A stretch of DNA of 64,000 nt, taken from positions 1 through 64,000 of the forward strand of contig JBGTHM010000030.1 of NCBI GenBank assembly GCA_041746255.1. The letters are read 5' to 3'. Under the pieces are notes generated by a model that worked only from the letters and a program-made list of their open reading frames with translations, was not told the DNA's origin and ran no database searches. The DNA is from Fibrobacteria bacterium (GTDB taxonomy: Bacteria > Fibrobacterota > Fibrobacteria > UBA11236). A program made the translations under genes and the position numbers. Each line of letters begins with the position of its first letter. Position 1 is the first letter of the stretch. Below are positions 1-9,140 of the stretch, one piece after another.

Positions 1-70
1 TGCAAGTAGAAAGGTTCTTGCCACGTTAAGGGCAAGAGAGCAGGAAAGAGCGGAAAAATCTAAACCTTGG

Positions 71-167
71 CCTCCACCCCACCTTGCCGGGTTCAACCAC
101 CCACCCATCCGAATTCCGGCAAGGTATCTCCAAAAATCACCGTGACTCCTGGTCACGGTGATTTTTG
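71..167 (+). ncRNA. Candidate structured RNA element, copy 1 (C-rich-loop hairpin plus terminator-like hairpin)
   Basis: Stem ACCTTGCCGGGTTC (81-94) pairs with GAATTCCGGCAAGGT (111-125) around the loop AACCACCCACCCATCC. A second perfect 16-bp IR lies at 131-146/152-167. Homologous to 1328-1416 with compensatory changes. Confidence 0.55.
131..167. terminator. Intrinsic terminator, possibly bidirectional
   Basis: CAAAAATCACCGTGAC-tcctg-GTCACGGTGATTTTTG: perfect inverted repeat with A/T tracts on both sides. Confidence 0.75.
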
Positions 168-565
168 CACGGAATTTTGGAATAAGTTCTAGCGAAAACA
201 AGCCCAGTATTTCACTTTGGCGGGTGGATAAGTATTGCCATATAACACGGTTTAATTCCAGTCTTCAAGAAGGGGGTTTTAGGGTTCCAAGATCGAATCG
301 CAACCAGCGCCACTGAGATAGTATCTAATCCCCCTATTTGGGACTTTAGGGAATTTCCTTCCAATATCGGTATCGCTTATTCGAATCACCCATGAACAGC
401 GTCAATTAGAGAACTGGGTGGGGTTAAACAACCCCTGAAGCTAAGTGATAACCCCATGGGCACTTATCCGATTCATAGAGATAGTAGGGGTCTCTCGGCC
501 CCATAAGGGTGCACATGTGGTGAAATAAATCCGGCTTTTCCGCGCATTTCAGAGCATTGGTATCC

Positions 566-581
566 TGGCACGGCCATTGCA
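566..581 (+). promoter_or_regulatory. sigma54 (-24/-12) promoter
   Basis: TGGCACGGCCATTGCA matches TGGCAC-N5-TTGCW with exact GG-N10-GC spacing, about 80 nt upstream of the ATG at 660. Confidence 0.85.
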
Positions 582-659
582 CACGTATTAATGACTCGCG
601 TAAGCGGGATGTAGTTTTGAAGGCGATGGGTCGATTAGGGATTTAAAAAGGGGTAATAC

Positions 660-1316
660 ATGCATTCAGTTATAAAAATAATGGGAGCGGCGGGATTGAT
701 AGCCTTTTGGGGCTGCGAAAAGCCATTTGGAATAGATGGCGAATCCGCGTCAGGCGCCGCAGCCAGGCATGGGAAAACATCGGAAACACCCGATGCACCG
801 GGAAAAGGACAGGGTAAAGGCACCCCGGAAATATCGTCCCCTTGCGCGCCAAAGGGAGTCACCACTCTTTACGGTGGCCAGCATATTGAAGTCGGGTTCG
901 TTGATGTGGTCGAAAACGAAGGTGAATTAACGATAACCATGCAGACGGAAGGGGGTTGGACCCTTCATGAAGTGCATGTAGCCGTTTCCCTAACTCCGGA
1001 AGGACTTGCCTCCGCTCCGGGACGGATGCCGTACAAAGCCGAGAACCTGGGTGGAATCGGCGAATACCAAATTACCGTTAATCTGGTTGAGCTCGGGTAT
1101 GATTATGAATCTCCTCTTTATATAGCCACGCATGCGGTGGTCATGCACCCGACGGAAGGTGAAGAAACCGCATGGGGCTTCGGGACGCGGTATGGGGTCG
1201 GATGGGCATGGTATTTCAGCTTTCCCAAAAGCCCTTGCAGCGGAGTTGAGATAGATCCGAACACCGAAGGCCAAATCGAGATTCCGCCCGACCCAGACTC
1301 CATCGAACCGGACTGA
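660..1316 (+). CDS. Putative lipoprotein of unknown function
   Basis: Signal peptide with lipobox-like AFWG-C and a low-complexity linker, then a beta-rich domain (GGQHIEVG...GWTLHEVHV...HAVV...ETAWG...WAWYF) resembling a widespread uncharacterised extracellular domain. Confidence 0.8.
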   Translation: MHSVIKIMGAAGLIAFWGCEKPFGIDGESASGAAARHGKTSETPDAPGKGQGKGTPEISSPCAPKGVTTLYGGQHIEVGFVDVVENEGELTITMQTEGGWTLHEVHVAVSLTPEGLASAPGRMPYKAENLGGIGEYQITVNLVELGYDYESPLYIATHAVVMHPTEGEETAWGFGTRYGVGWAWYFSFPKSPCSGVEIDPNTEGQIEIPPDPDSIEPD

Positions 1317-1327
1317 CCCGGACAAAA

Positions 1328-1416
1328 CCTCCCCGTCTTACCGGGCCCAACCCACCCCGGGCCCGGTAAGACTTTCTGTACGCACCGCGACTACAAGTCG
1401 CGGTGTCTCTTTTTTT
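1328..1416 (+). ncRNA. Candidate structured RNA element, copy 2 (C-rich-loop hairpin plus terminator)
   Basis: 14-bp stem GTCTTACCGGGCCC/GGGCCCGGTAAGAC (1335-1372) with loop AACCCACCCC, then CACCGCGAC-tacaa-GTCGCGGTG (1383-1405) and a T-tract. Confidence 0.55.
1383..1416 (+). terminator. Rho-independent terminator after the lipoprotein gene
   Basis: GC-rich hairpin at 1383-1405 followed by TCTCTTTTTTT. Confidence 0.8.
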
Positions 1417-1589
1417 ACGCGGAATTCCCGAAAAATAAAATTGATCTCCCTTTCTCCTTCTTATTTAAATGCGAGAAGGAGTTTTTATCCAATGGGGGAT
1501 CGGTCATGGACGGTAAAGTATCCGGTTCAATTGGGATTACTCAAATTGAAGTTGCATGAGGGCGTCCCTGAAAGGAAAGGAGAGATCCT

Positions 1590-3014
1590 ATGAAAACGGT
1601 GAAATCAGCGGTCTTATGCTTAGTGGCAATCATATGGAGCGGGGAAGGTGAGAAAGATTATCGCTTTGGCTTTACGGGAACCGGCGGCGAGGCCTTTACG
1701 GAAAAATTCAGATTGCGTTATTATGCGCTGGAAGGCAATTACGAGGCTGGTCTCGCACCATACACTTCGTCAACCTACCCGGGCCATGATCCAGTTTCCA
1801 ACAAGACGGCGATCCGCGAAGTGGCGAAGTTGAACGTAAGGATGGATGATTTAGGTGAGAGCGAAGAGCAGTTCCAGAGTCGCATAAACGAATATGTCAT
1901 GGATTTACTTACCTGGTATTTGGTCCCCATCGGCCCCAAGCCGGGGATAAAATGGTATAGTCCAAACGTTGAGGAATTGATTAAGGCTGAAAAGCCTCTG
2001 ATTGAAGAAACCATTCAACGCGATCAGGTAAAGGATTCCGACTGGTTGGGCAGCATTTGGGAAATCGGAAATGAACCGAACCTCTTTCCGGCGATTACGC
2101 CGAATGAATACGCCGAATTGTTTACTGCTTACTACCGTGTGATAAAAAAGGCGGATCCGTCCGCTCCCGTGGCTTTAGGCGCGCTTTACCTGCCGGAGGC
2201 GACCCAGGATTTACGCCCACGGCTGGAGGAATACCTGGACTTCAAATTGAGCACGGAATTACAAGACAGGAATATGTTGGACCCGGTACAAGAGGCGGGA
2301 ATTTACACCAGCCTGCTCCAGGATTTACAAGATGAACTTTTCAACCGGATTCTGAGCCAATCGGGAAGCGAATACCTGGCATCCATTTTGGATAGATTGC
2401 CTCCGGATGTGAAGCCGGACCTTATAAGCTTGCATGTATACCCGTATGACGATAGGGAACCCTTACAAACCAGAGACGAACGGCAGGATCAGATTGCCGC
2501 GGCCTTGGCCGGAATAATCGATGTTTTGGATTCGCGTAATTTGGTGATTCCGCTATTTATAACCGAATTCGGAAACACAAATGCCGAATTAAGCGAGATT
2601 CAAACCAAGGCCATAGTGGAGGACATGCTTCAGGTATTTCAGTCAGAGGCACGCGTGGAGGCCTGGTTGTACTATAAGCCCACGGGTTTCGACAAGTCCC
2701 TATTCGCAATTCTGGGCGGAACCGGCAAAGCTGCCCTCACAAGGCTGGTATGGGACGAAAATTTTTCCCCAGCGGACGGAAATTTCAGCTGTGACAAACT
2801 GAACAGTATCGGTAGAATGTATTACGAAAAGAGCGTGGGGTCCTCCTGCATCGACAAAGACCCAAGTGGGCTCGTGGGCCTTAAGCCGGGTGCAGGTTTT
2901 CGAGGACGGATAATCGGTTCGATCACTTGCGAAAACTGTCCTGCGAAAGGAATGCTCGGCCACGATATTTTAGGAAGGGAAATGTCACAGGAGTATCGAT
3001 TTAATAGATTCTAA
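1590..3014 (+). CDS. Secreted clan GH-A glycoside hydrolase (GH39/GH5-like)
   Basis: Signal peptide; acid/base motif WEIGNEPN, SLHVYP and nucleophile motif ITEFG; C-terminal HDILGR tail; SD AAGGAG upstream. Confidence 0.75.
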   Translation: MKTVKSAVLCLVAIIWSGEGEKDYRFGFTGTGGEAFTEKFRLRYYALEGNYEAGLAPYTSSTYPGHDPVSNKTAIREVAKLNVRMDDLGESEEQFQSRINEYVMDLLTWYLVPIGPKPGIKWYSPNVEELIKAEKPLIEETIQRDQVKDSDWLGSIWEIGNEPNLFPAITPNEYAELFTAYYRVIKKADPSAPVALGALYLPEATQDLRPRLEEYLDFKLSTELQDRNMLDPVQEAGIYTSLLQDLQDELFNRILSQSGSEYLASILDRLPPDVKPDLISLHVYPYDDREPLQTRDERQDQIAAALAGIIDVLDSRNLVIPLFITEFGNTNAELSEIQTKAIVEDMLQVFQSEARVEAWLYYKPTGFDKSLFAILGGTGKAALTRLVWDENFSPADGNFSCDKLNSIGRMYYEKSVGSSCIDKDPSGLVGLKPGAGFRGRIIGSITCENCPAKGMLGHDILGREMSQEYRFNRF

Positions 3015-3036
3015 CCCGGACTCCTTTCCTAAAGGT

Positions 3037-3849
3037 ATGCAAATGACCTCCCAACCCCTGCCCACATATTTTATTTCACATGGCGGCGGACCATGGCCCT
3101 GGATGAAAAAAGAAATGGGAGGCGAGTTCGATGAACTCGAAAAAAGCCTGGAAAAAATCCCGCGGGAATTAGGAGCCACTCCCGAGGCGGTATTGGTCAT
3201 TTCCGGCCATTGGGAAGCCGCGGAACCGACGGTGATGGCGCATCCAACGCCACCCATGCTCTATGATTACGGGGGGTTTCCCGAACATACTTATGAAGTA
3301 CGGTATCCCGCGCCGGGCTCTCCCCGTTTGGCGGATCGGGTGAGGGATTTACTCCAGGGGGCGGGGTTTGCGGCGCGGCTGGATACGGAGAGGGGATTCG
3401 ATCACGGCACTTTCGTACCCCTTTTCATCATGTACCCGAAGGCGGAAGTCCCGGTAGTGCAACTATCCTTGAAAAAAGGGTACGACCCGCAGGAGCATTG
3501 GGATATGGGGGTTGCGTTGGCGCCCCTTCGCAGCGAAGGCATTTTGCTTGTCGGCAGCGGTTTGAGTTACCATAATCTGCGGGAATTCGGACCGGAAGGA
3601 AAGGCTGCATCAGAGGAATTTGATGCATGGCTTTTTGAGACTCTGAAAGAGATGGATTCAGGGGAGCGGAGACGAAGGCTTTTTGGCTGGAGCCAGGCGC
3701 CCTCTGCCCGCAAGGCCCATCCTCGCGAAGATCACCTGATTCCTCTCATGGTTGCCTTGGGGGCCGCCGAAAACCATCCGGCCGAAAGAATATACCACCA
3801 AACAGGGATATTCGGAGGCATAGTCGCTTCGAGTTATCGATTCGGATAA
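3037..3849 (+). CDS. ygiD: Class III extradiol ring-cleavage dioxygenase (DODA/YgiD, LigB family)
   Basis: FISHGGGP, VISGHW, YDYGGFP, RGFDHG, GSGLSYHNL and AHPREDHLIPL motifs. Confidence 0.9.
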   Translation: MQMTSQPLPTYFISHGGGPWPWMKKEMGGEFDELEKSLEKIPRELGATPEAVLVISGHWEAAEPTVMAHPTPPMLYDYGGFPEHTYEVRYPAPGSPRLADRVRDLLQGAGFAARLDTERGFDHGTFVPLFIMYPKAEVPVVQLSLKKGYDPQEHWDMGVALAPLRSEGILLVGSGLSYHNLREFGPEGKAASEEFDAWLFETLKEMDSGERRRRLFGWSQAPSARKAHPREDHLIPLMVALGAAENHPAERIYHQTGIFGGIVASSYRFG

Positions 3850-3963
3850 CAGCATTTCCCGGAATCGAAACCAGCCCGGAAAGAGTGGAAAAGGGCCACG
3901 TGCGGGCGATTTTCTATCTTAGTTATGGTACATACCCCTCAGTTTTCATTACCATAGGAGTCC

Positions 3964-5211
3964 ATGAAAACCCCTGCCAGGCTCATTTCCCGAGTCGAAG
4001 ACGGCATCATTGACGAGGTTCTCGGACAAGTAAAGAGCGGCAAAGAAGCCGACATTTTCGTCGTTCGCTCCGGTGATGAAATCCGATGCGCAAAAATTTA
4101 TAAGGAAGCCAATAAACGTAACTTCCGTCAAGCCGTTCAATATCAGGAAGGCCGCAAGTTTCAAAACAGCCGCAGTGCCCGAGCGATGTCCAAGCGAACA
4201 GCCTACGGGCAAAAAGAGGCCGAAGCTTCCTGGATCAGCGCCGAGGTGGATGCTCTGAACAAGCTTAGCGCCGCGGGCCTGCGGGTGCCCAAGCCTTTCG
4301 GATTTTTTGACGGCGTGCTTATCATGGAACTCATCACCGGCGAGGACGGGAAACCGGCTCCGCAATTGAACGAGTTAATCCTTCCGCCCGAAACGGCCAT
4401 CCTCTACCATGAGGAATTAATCACTCAAATCGTATGGATGTTGTGTTCGGGAATCATCCATGGCGATTTGTCTGAGTTCAATGTATTAGTCGACGGCGAA
4501 GGCCCTGTCATCATCGATATGCCGCAGGCCGTGAACGCGGCGGGGAATAATAGCGCGGGTATGATGTTCGCCCGTGACGTCAATAACATGGCTCGCTACT
4601 TCGGTCGGTTCGCCCCCGAAATTTTGGGATTGAAATACGCCAAGGAAATTTGGGCACTTTATGAAAAGGGTAAGCTCACCCCCTATGTGGAGCTGACCGG
4701 GCAATTCCAGGAGCCCACGAAAAAATCCGATGTGGGCGGGCTACTCAATGTAATCGGAGACGCGCGCAAGGAACATGAGAATCGAGTACTGCGGAAAAAT
4801 CCGGGGATGGAATCCGATGGAAATCGGTTTCGGAATGGGCGTACCGAGGAGAGCCGCGGGGAAGTAGGGCCCGGCAGGCACCGCCAAGACCAATCCCCTG
4901 GCCCCCGTAATGGCTACCCTGGTTCCCGCAACGGTAGGCCCGACCCGCACCGTCCGAATGGAAACCGGCCCGATAGTCAAGCTAGGCCCCATCCCCAGAA
5001 CAATCAACCGGGTAGAGCGCAGCCAAATCCGCATTCCCCGGCAAGTCCGCATCCAAGGCCGGCTCCCGGTAACCCACAAGGTAACCCACGAAGTAATCCG
5101 AGAAACCCATCCCCGCCCAATCCGCAAAATAATTCACCCCTACCCCCGCCGAATTCCAACCCATGGGGTCGTCGGGCGGGGCCTGGTGGAAACAGAGGTA
5201 GCCGAACCTGA
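3964..5211 (+). CDS. RIO1-like atypical Ser/Thr kinase (PA4780 family) with a Pro/Asn/Arg/Gly-rich disordered C-terminal tail
   Basis: [10 protein letters not shown]-loop, [18 protein letters not shown] catalytic loop and IIDMPQAV; the last ~140 aa are low complexity. Confidence 0.9.
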   Translation: MKTPARLISRVEDGIIDEVLGQVKSGKEADIFVVRSGDEIRCAKIYKEANKRNFRQAVQYQEGRKFQNSRSARAMSKRTAYGQKEAEASWISAEVDALNKLSAAGLRVPKPFGFFDGVLIMELITGEDGKPAPQLNELILPPETAILYHEELITQIVWMLCSGIIHGDLSEFNVLVDGEGPVIIDMPQAVNAAGNNSAGMMFARDVNNMARYFGRFAPEILGLKYAKEIWALYEKGKLTPYVELTGQFQEPTKKSDVGGLLNVIGDARKEHENRVLRKNPGMESDGNRFRNGRTEESRGEVGPGRHRQDQSPGPRNGYPGSRNGRPDPHRPNGNRPDSQARPHPQNNQPGRAQPNPHSPASPHPRPAPGNPQGNPRSNPRNPSPPNPQNNSPLPPPNSNPWGRRAGPGGNRGSRT

Positions 5212-5246
5212 GGAATTCGGGTTCCTCTCGAATTACCTTTTCTGAC

Positions 5247-7202
5247 ATGAATCCTATTTCCGCCAACCCCCTCGACCAAGCATCGACCTGGATGCGAGTG
5301 CTGGAAGGAACTTCCAGCTCCATCGGCAAGGAATTTTTCCGGTCACTGGTAAAGAACCTGGCTTTGGCCCTGAATGTCCATGCCGCCTGGGCGACGGAAT
5401 ACCACGAGGAAAAAGAACACATGACCGCCTTGGCTTTCTGGATGGCCGATGGGTTTGTGGATCATTTTGAATATGATCTGGAGGGCACGCCTTGCCAACC
5501 CTCGGTTCTGAAAAGAGATCTCGTCCACTTTCCCGATAGGCTGCTTGACCTGTTTCCCGGCGATGCCGATTTGAGAGAACAGAGCGGTGTGAGCTATATG
5601 GGCGTACCGCTTTTTGATGTCGATGGTGGAATCCTGGGGCACTTGGCCATACTCGACACCCAGGCCATGCCGGAAAACGCCGAGCGGGTGGCGGTTTTTC
5701 GCATCTTCGCCGCTCGCGCCTCGGCTGAACTGCAGCGCCTGCGCGCCGAAGAAGCCACGGTTTTGCGCGAAAGGCAACTTTCGGGGCTATTCAACAGTGC
5801 GATGGATGGTATTCTCCAAATTGATCGCGACATGCGCGTTACCCTAAGTAATCCCGCCGCCGCGCGAATTTTCGGAGACGATGTAAAACTCCATGCCACC
5901 CCCCTTTCCAAATACCTTTCCGAAAACGATGCGCGGAAATTGCGGCGCCTATTGGAAGATTTGCATGCAAAGCCGGAGGGCGCCCGTTTCCTCTGGGTGC
6001 CGGGGGGCTTCGAGTTTAGCAGAGAGGGATCGCGTTCTCGCCGAGTCGAAGCTACGCTTTCTCGCTTTGAGGATAAGCGCCGGGATTTTTATACGCTTAT
6101 CCTACGCGATATTGAAGACAGAATCGAAGCGGAACGCCGGATTGAGGATTTGACCCGACAAACCGAATATTTGCGCGAGGAAATCCTGGCGCTTCACAAC
6201 TCCGGAGAGCTTATCGGCCGCAGCCCGGCGATGATGCAAGTCTTGGCGGAGGTTTCCCAAGTGGCGGTATCCGAAGCCACGGTTTTAATCCAGGGTGAAA
6301 CCGGAACAGGGAAGGAACTGATCGCGCGGGCGATACATCGCGCCAGCCATAGAGCCGACAAACCCTTGATCAAGGTCAATTGCGCGGCCATGCCGGCCAA
6401 CCTTATCGAGAGCGAGTTGTTCGGCCATGAGCGCGGGGCCTTCACCGGCGCCACTTCCGCACGCAAAGGACGTTTCGCCTTGGCGGACGGAGGCACTCTT
6501 TTTCTCGACGAAATAGGCGAGATGCCGATGGAATTGCAATCGAAGTTGTTACGAGTCTTGCAAGAAGGGGAATTCGAACCCGTAGGCAGCGCTAAAACCC
6601 AAAAGGTGGACGTGAGGGTAGTAGCGGCTACTAATCGCGACTTGAAGCGTGAAGTGGCGGCGGGGAGGTTTCGGGAGGATTTATACTATCGTCTCAGCGT
6701 CTTTCCCTTGGAATTGCCGCCCTTGCGCGATCGGGTCGAGGATATTCCCCGTCTGGCCCATTTTTTCGCTTCCCGTTATGCGAAGCAATTGGCGCGCGTG
6801 CTGGAACCTTTGGGCGAGAGGGAACTGCGGCGATTGTGCGAATACCCATGGCCCGGCAATGTGCGTGAATTACAGAACGTAATGGAGCGCGCGGTCATTA
6901 CCAGCACGGGAAATTTTTTAAACCTGGATAAATGTCTTCCCGGTTTGAACGAGGGGGATACATTGCCTGCGACGCAGCCCAAGGCCTCCCAGGATAAGGC
7001 GGGCTTCGAGCGTGAGGCCCCAATTTACACGGCGGAAGAGTGGCTGGATTTGGAACGGGAAAATCTGAGGCGTGCATTGGAAGCCTGCGGTTGGAAAATA
7101 TCGGGGGAGGGTGGAGCCGCTGAATTGCTGAGTGTGCCGCCTTCGACCTTAGCTTCTCGAATCAAGACGCTGGGCATCCGGAAGCCCAACGAAATGTCGT
7201 GA
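5247..7202 (+). CDS. sigma54-dependent enhancer-binding protein, GAF-PAS-AAA+-Fis HTH (FhlA/HyfR-like)
   Basis: [40 protein letters not shown] and [10 protein letters not shown] motifs; N-terminal GAF (LEGTPC...SYMGVPL) and PAS domains. Confidence 0.95.
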   Translation: MNPISANPLDQASTWMRVLEGTSSSIGKEFFRSLVKNLALALNVHAAWATEYHEEKEHMTALAFWMADGFVDHFEYDLEGTPCQPSVLKRDLVHFPDRLLDLFPGDADLREQSGVSYMGVPLFDVDGGILGHLAILDTQAMPENAERVAVFRIFAARASAELQRLRAEEATVLRERQLSGLFNSAMDGILQIDRDMRVTLSNPAAARIFGDDVKLHATPLSKYLSENDARKLRRLLEDLHAKPEGARFLWVPGGFEFSREGSRSRRVEATLSRFEDKRRDFYTLILRDIEDRIEAERRIEDLTRQTEYLREEILALHNSGELIGRSPAMMQVLAEVSQVAVSEATVLIQGETGTGKELIARAIHRASHRADKPLIKVNCAAMPANLIESELFGHERGAFTGATSARKGRFALADGGTLFLDEIGEMPMELQSKLLRVLQEGEFEPVGSAKTQKVDVRVVAATNRDLKREVAAGRFREDLYYRLSVFPLELPPLRDRVEDIPRLAHFFASRYAKQLARVLEPLGERELRRLCEYPWPGNVRELQNVMERAVITSTGNFLNLDKCLPGLNEGDTLPATQPKASQDKAGFEREAPIYTAEEWLDLERENLRRALEACGWKISGEGGAAELLSVPPSTLASRIKTLGIRKPNEMS

Positions 7203-7255
7203 CCGGTTTACGCGAAATTTCGTTAATCACGAGTTTTCGTGAATAGAATTTTCGC
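7189..7255. promoter_or_regulatory. Putative upstream activator sites for the adjacent bEBP
   Basis: Repeated imperfect palindromes ACGAAATGTCGT (7189-7200), GCGAAATTTCGT (7212-7223), CACGAGTTTTCGTG (7228-7241) and a degenerate copy ending TTTTCGC (7255), 50-120 bp upstream of a sigma54 promoter. Confidence 0.65.
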
Positions 7256-7304
7256 CTGAGCCCTGTTTTCTCCGAAAATTTCCATTTTTCGGGCAATTTT
7301 GAAT

Positions 7305-7320
7305 TGGCACGCATTGTGCA
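7305..7320 (+). promoter_or_regulatory. sigma54 (-24/-12) promoter
   Basis: TGGCACGCATTGTGCA with exact GG-N10-GC spacing, directly downstream of the bEBP gene and upstream of the ATG at 7388. Confidence 0.85.
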
Positions 7321-7387
7321 TTTCCTTCCTCTCAAGATTGCGGACGTTCCGCAATGCTAAAAGAGAAAACCAGAAAGGGAAAACACC

Positions 7388-8322
7388 ATGCAAATCCAAG
7401 CCCTCGAAAACCAAACCCAACGTTATGCCCACTGTATCAAGGTTTCCAAAGCTGTGTCCTGGGAAATCGACCGCGACGTCATTCGTGGAAGAAAATTCGA
7501 CTTCCAACAAAAATTTTTACCGGACGGACTCTCCCTTGTTGATCAGCTGCCTAAACTGACCCCTTCGGAGAAACGCCTGCTAAGCCAAATCCAAGGTCGT
7601 AGCTACGCAATATTTTTGGACTGGTGGAGCGCTTCATCAACGCCAAGGTACTGGAAATCAGCCGGGATTATTGGTTGGGCGATCAGGTGGCTTTGGAAGC
7701 CCTGGTTCGTTTCAGCGACGAGGAACTCAAGCATCAAGAGCTGTTCCGTCGTATAGAAGCTGAAATCGGCGCTGGAATGCCCGGTGGATACCGCTTTCTT
7801 CCCCAACCGGATGACGTAGCATCGGTGGTACTGGGTAAAAGCACATGGGCGGTGCTGGCGCTTACCTGCCATATCGAACTCTTTACGCAAACCCACTATG
7901 TGAAAAGCATCGACGGCGACAGGGGGTTATCCGACCTATACCGGGATGTATTCAAATTCCACTGGAAGGAAGAGGCGCAGCATGCGATTTTGGACGAGAT
8001 CGAATGGGCGCGCGAAACCGAAAAACTTTTACCTGCGGAGCTGGACGCGGCGGTGGACGACTTTATCGCCCTGGTAGGTGCGGTGGATGGGATTCTGCAA
8101 ATGCAGGCCAAAGAAGATGCGGACTATTTCATCAGCATATTGGACCGCTTGCCCAATCCGGGAGAATTGCAGCAGGTGAGGGACACGGTTCTCAAGGCCT
8201 ATCGCTGGCAGTACATCGTGTCCGGCGTAAGGGAAGGCCGCTTCATGGAAATCCTGGGAGGCTTCATCAATGCGGACCATGCGGAGCGTATCACCCGAGC
8301 CCTGGGCCCCATCCTGGGATAG
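7388..8322 (+). pseudogene. Ferritin-like diiron protein split by a single-base frameshift near 7608 (pseudogene or sequencing error)
   Basis: ORF 7388 reads ...SQIQGRSYA and continues in the -1 frame as NIFGLVERFINAK... (ORF 7624..8322). Restoring one base in GCAAT gives one ~311-aa protein with EELKH, HIE and EEAQH metal-ligand motifs. Confidence 0.8.
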
Positions 8323-8351
8323 GCCGATGCCTTTAGAAAGGAGACCAAACC

Positions 8352-9140
8352 ATGGCCTATGTATGCCCTATCGGATTCGATACCGAAGCAATGCGGAGAA
8401 ATGTCCGCGATACCTATGAGAAACTGGCGGATCATCCCGAGGGAAATTATCACTTCCACCGAGGAGCCGCCTATGCAGCGGGATTGCTGAAATATTCGCA
8501 AGCCGATCTTGACGCGCTGCCGAAGGATTCCGTGGCCCGCTTCGCCGGAGTCGGCAACCCGCTTCGTGTCGGGCCCATCCACCGTGGAGAAGTCGTGCTG
8601 GGCCATGCCTGCGGAGCGGGCGTCGATTTGCTGTTGGCCGCTCGCAGGGTAGGCCCCACCGGCCGGGCGATAGGAGTAGATATGACCCCGGGCATGCGCA
8701 GTTACGCCCGCACCGGCGCCCAAAAGGCGGGATTTGCCGCCCGCGTAGACATACGCGAGGGTTATTTCGAGGCGCTACCGCTAGAAGACGGATGCGTGGA
8801 CGTGGTGTTGTCGAACGGAGTGGTCAACCTCGCTCCCGACAAGACCTTGGTTTTCCGGGAGATTGCCCGGGTACTGAAACCCGGGGGACGACTTTACTTG
8901 GCGGATGTTACATTAAGCGGGGAGTTGGGGCTGGATGCGCGGGCCAATCCGGAGCTGTGGGCGGGATGCGTAGCCGGCGCGCTGACGGAGGAGGAGCTTT
9001 TAAGCTTATGCTGGCATGCGGGCTTATTGCATTCCCGGGTGACGGAGCGATTCGATTGCTTCCGTGACACCTCGGCCCGTCGTAAGGTCAACGCGAAATT
9101 CGAGATTTGGGGGAGCAATATCCTGGCTTTTAAGGGGTGA
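8352..9140 (+). CDS. Class I SAM-dependent methyltransferase, arsenite methyltransferase (ArsM)-like
   Basis: FAGVGNP, GEVVLGHACGAGVD, GVDMTPGM, VDVVLSNGVVNL, RVLKPGGRL and LWAGCVAGAL motifs; SD AAGGAG. Confidence 0.85.
   Translation: MAYVCPIGFDTEAMRRNVRDTYEKLADHPEGNYHFHRGAAYAAGLLKYSQADLDALPKDSVARFAGVGNPLRVGPIHRGEVVLGHACGAGVDLLLAARRVGPTGRAIGVDMTPGMRSYARTGAQKAGFAARVDIREGYFEALPLEDGCVDVVLSNGVVNLAPDKTLVFREIARVLKPGGRLYLADVTLSGELGLDARANPELWAGCVAGALTEEELLSLCWHAGLLHSRVTERFDCFRDTSARRKVNAKFEIWGSNILAFKG

Noticed and set aside
7607..7620. Programmed -1 ribosomal frameshift in the diiron gene
   Set aside because: No X XXY YYZ heptamer in phase and no obvious stimulator; a 1-nt deletion explains the split more simply.
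8955..8985. Possible selenocysteine codon in the ArsM-like methyltransferase (WxG-U-xAGA in some homologues)
   Set aside because: The codon is TGC (Cys) and the ORF has no in-frame TGA.
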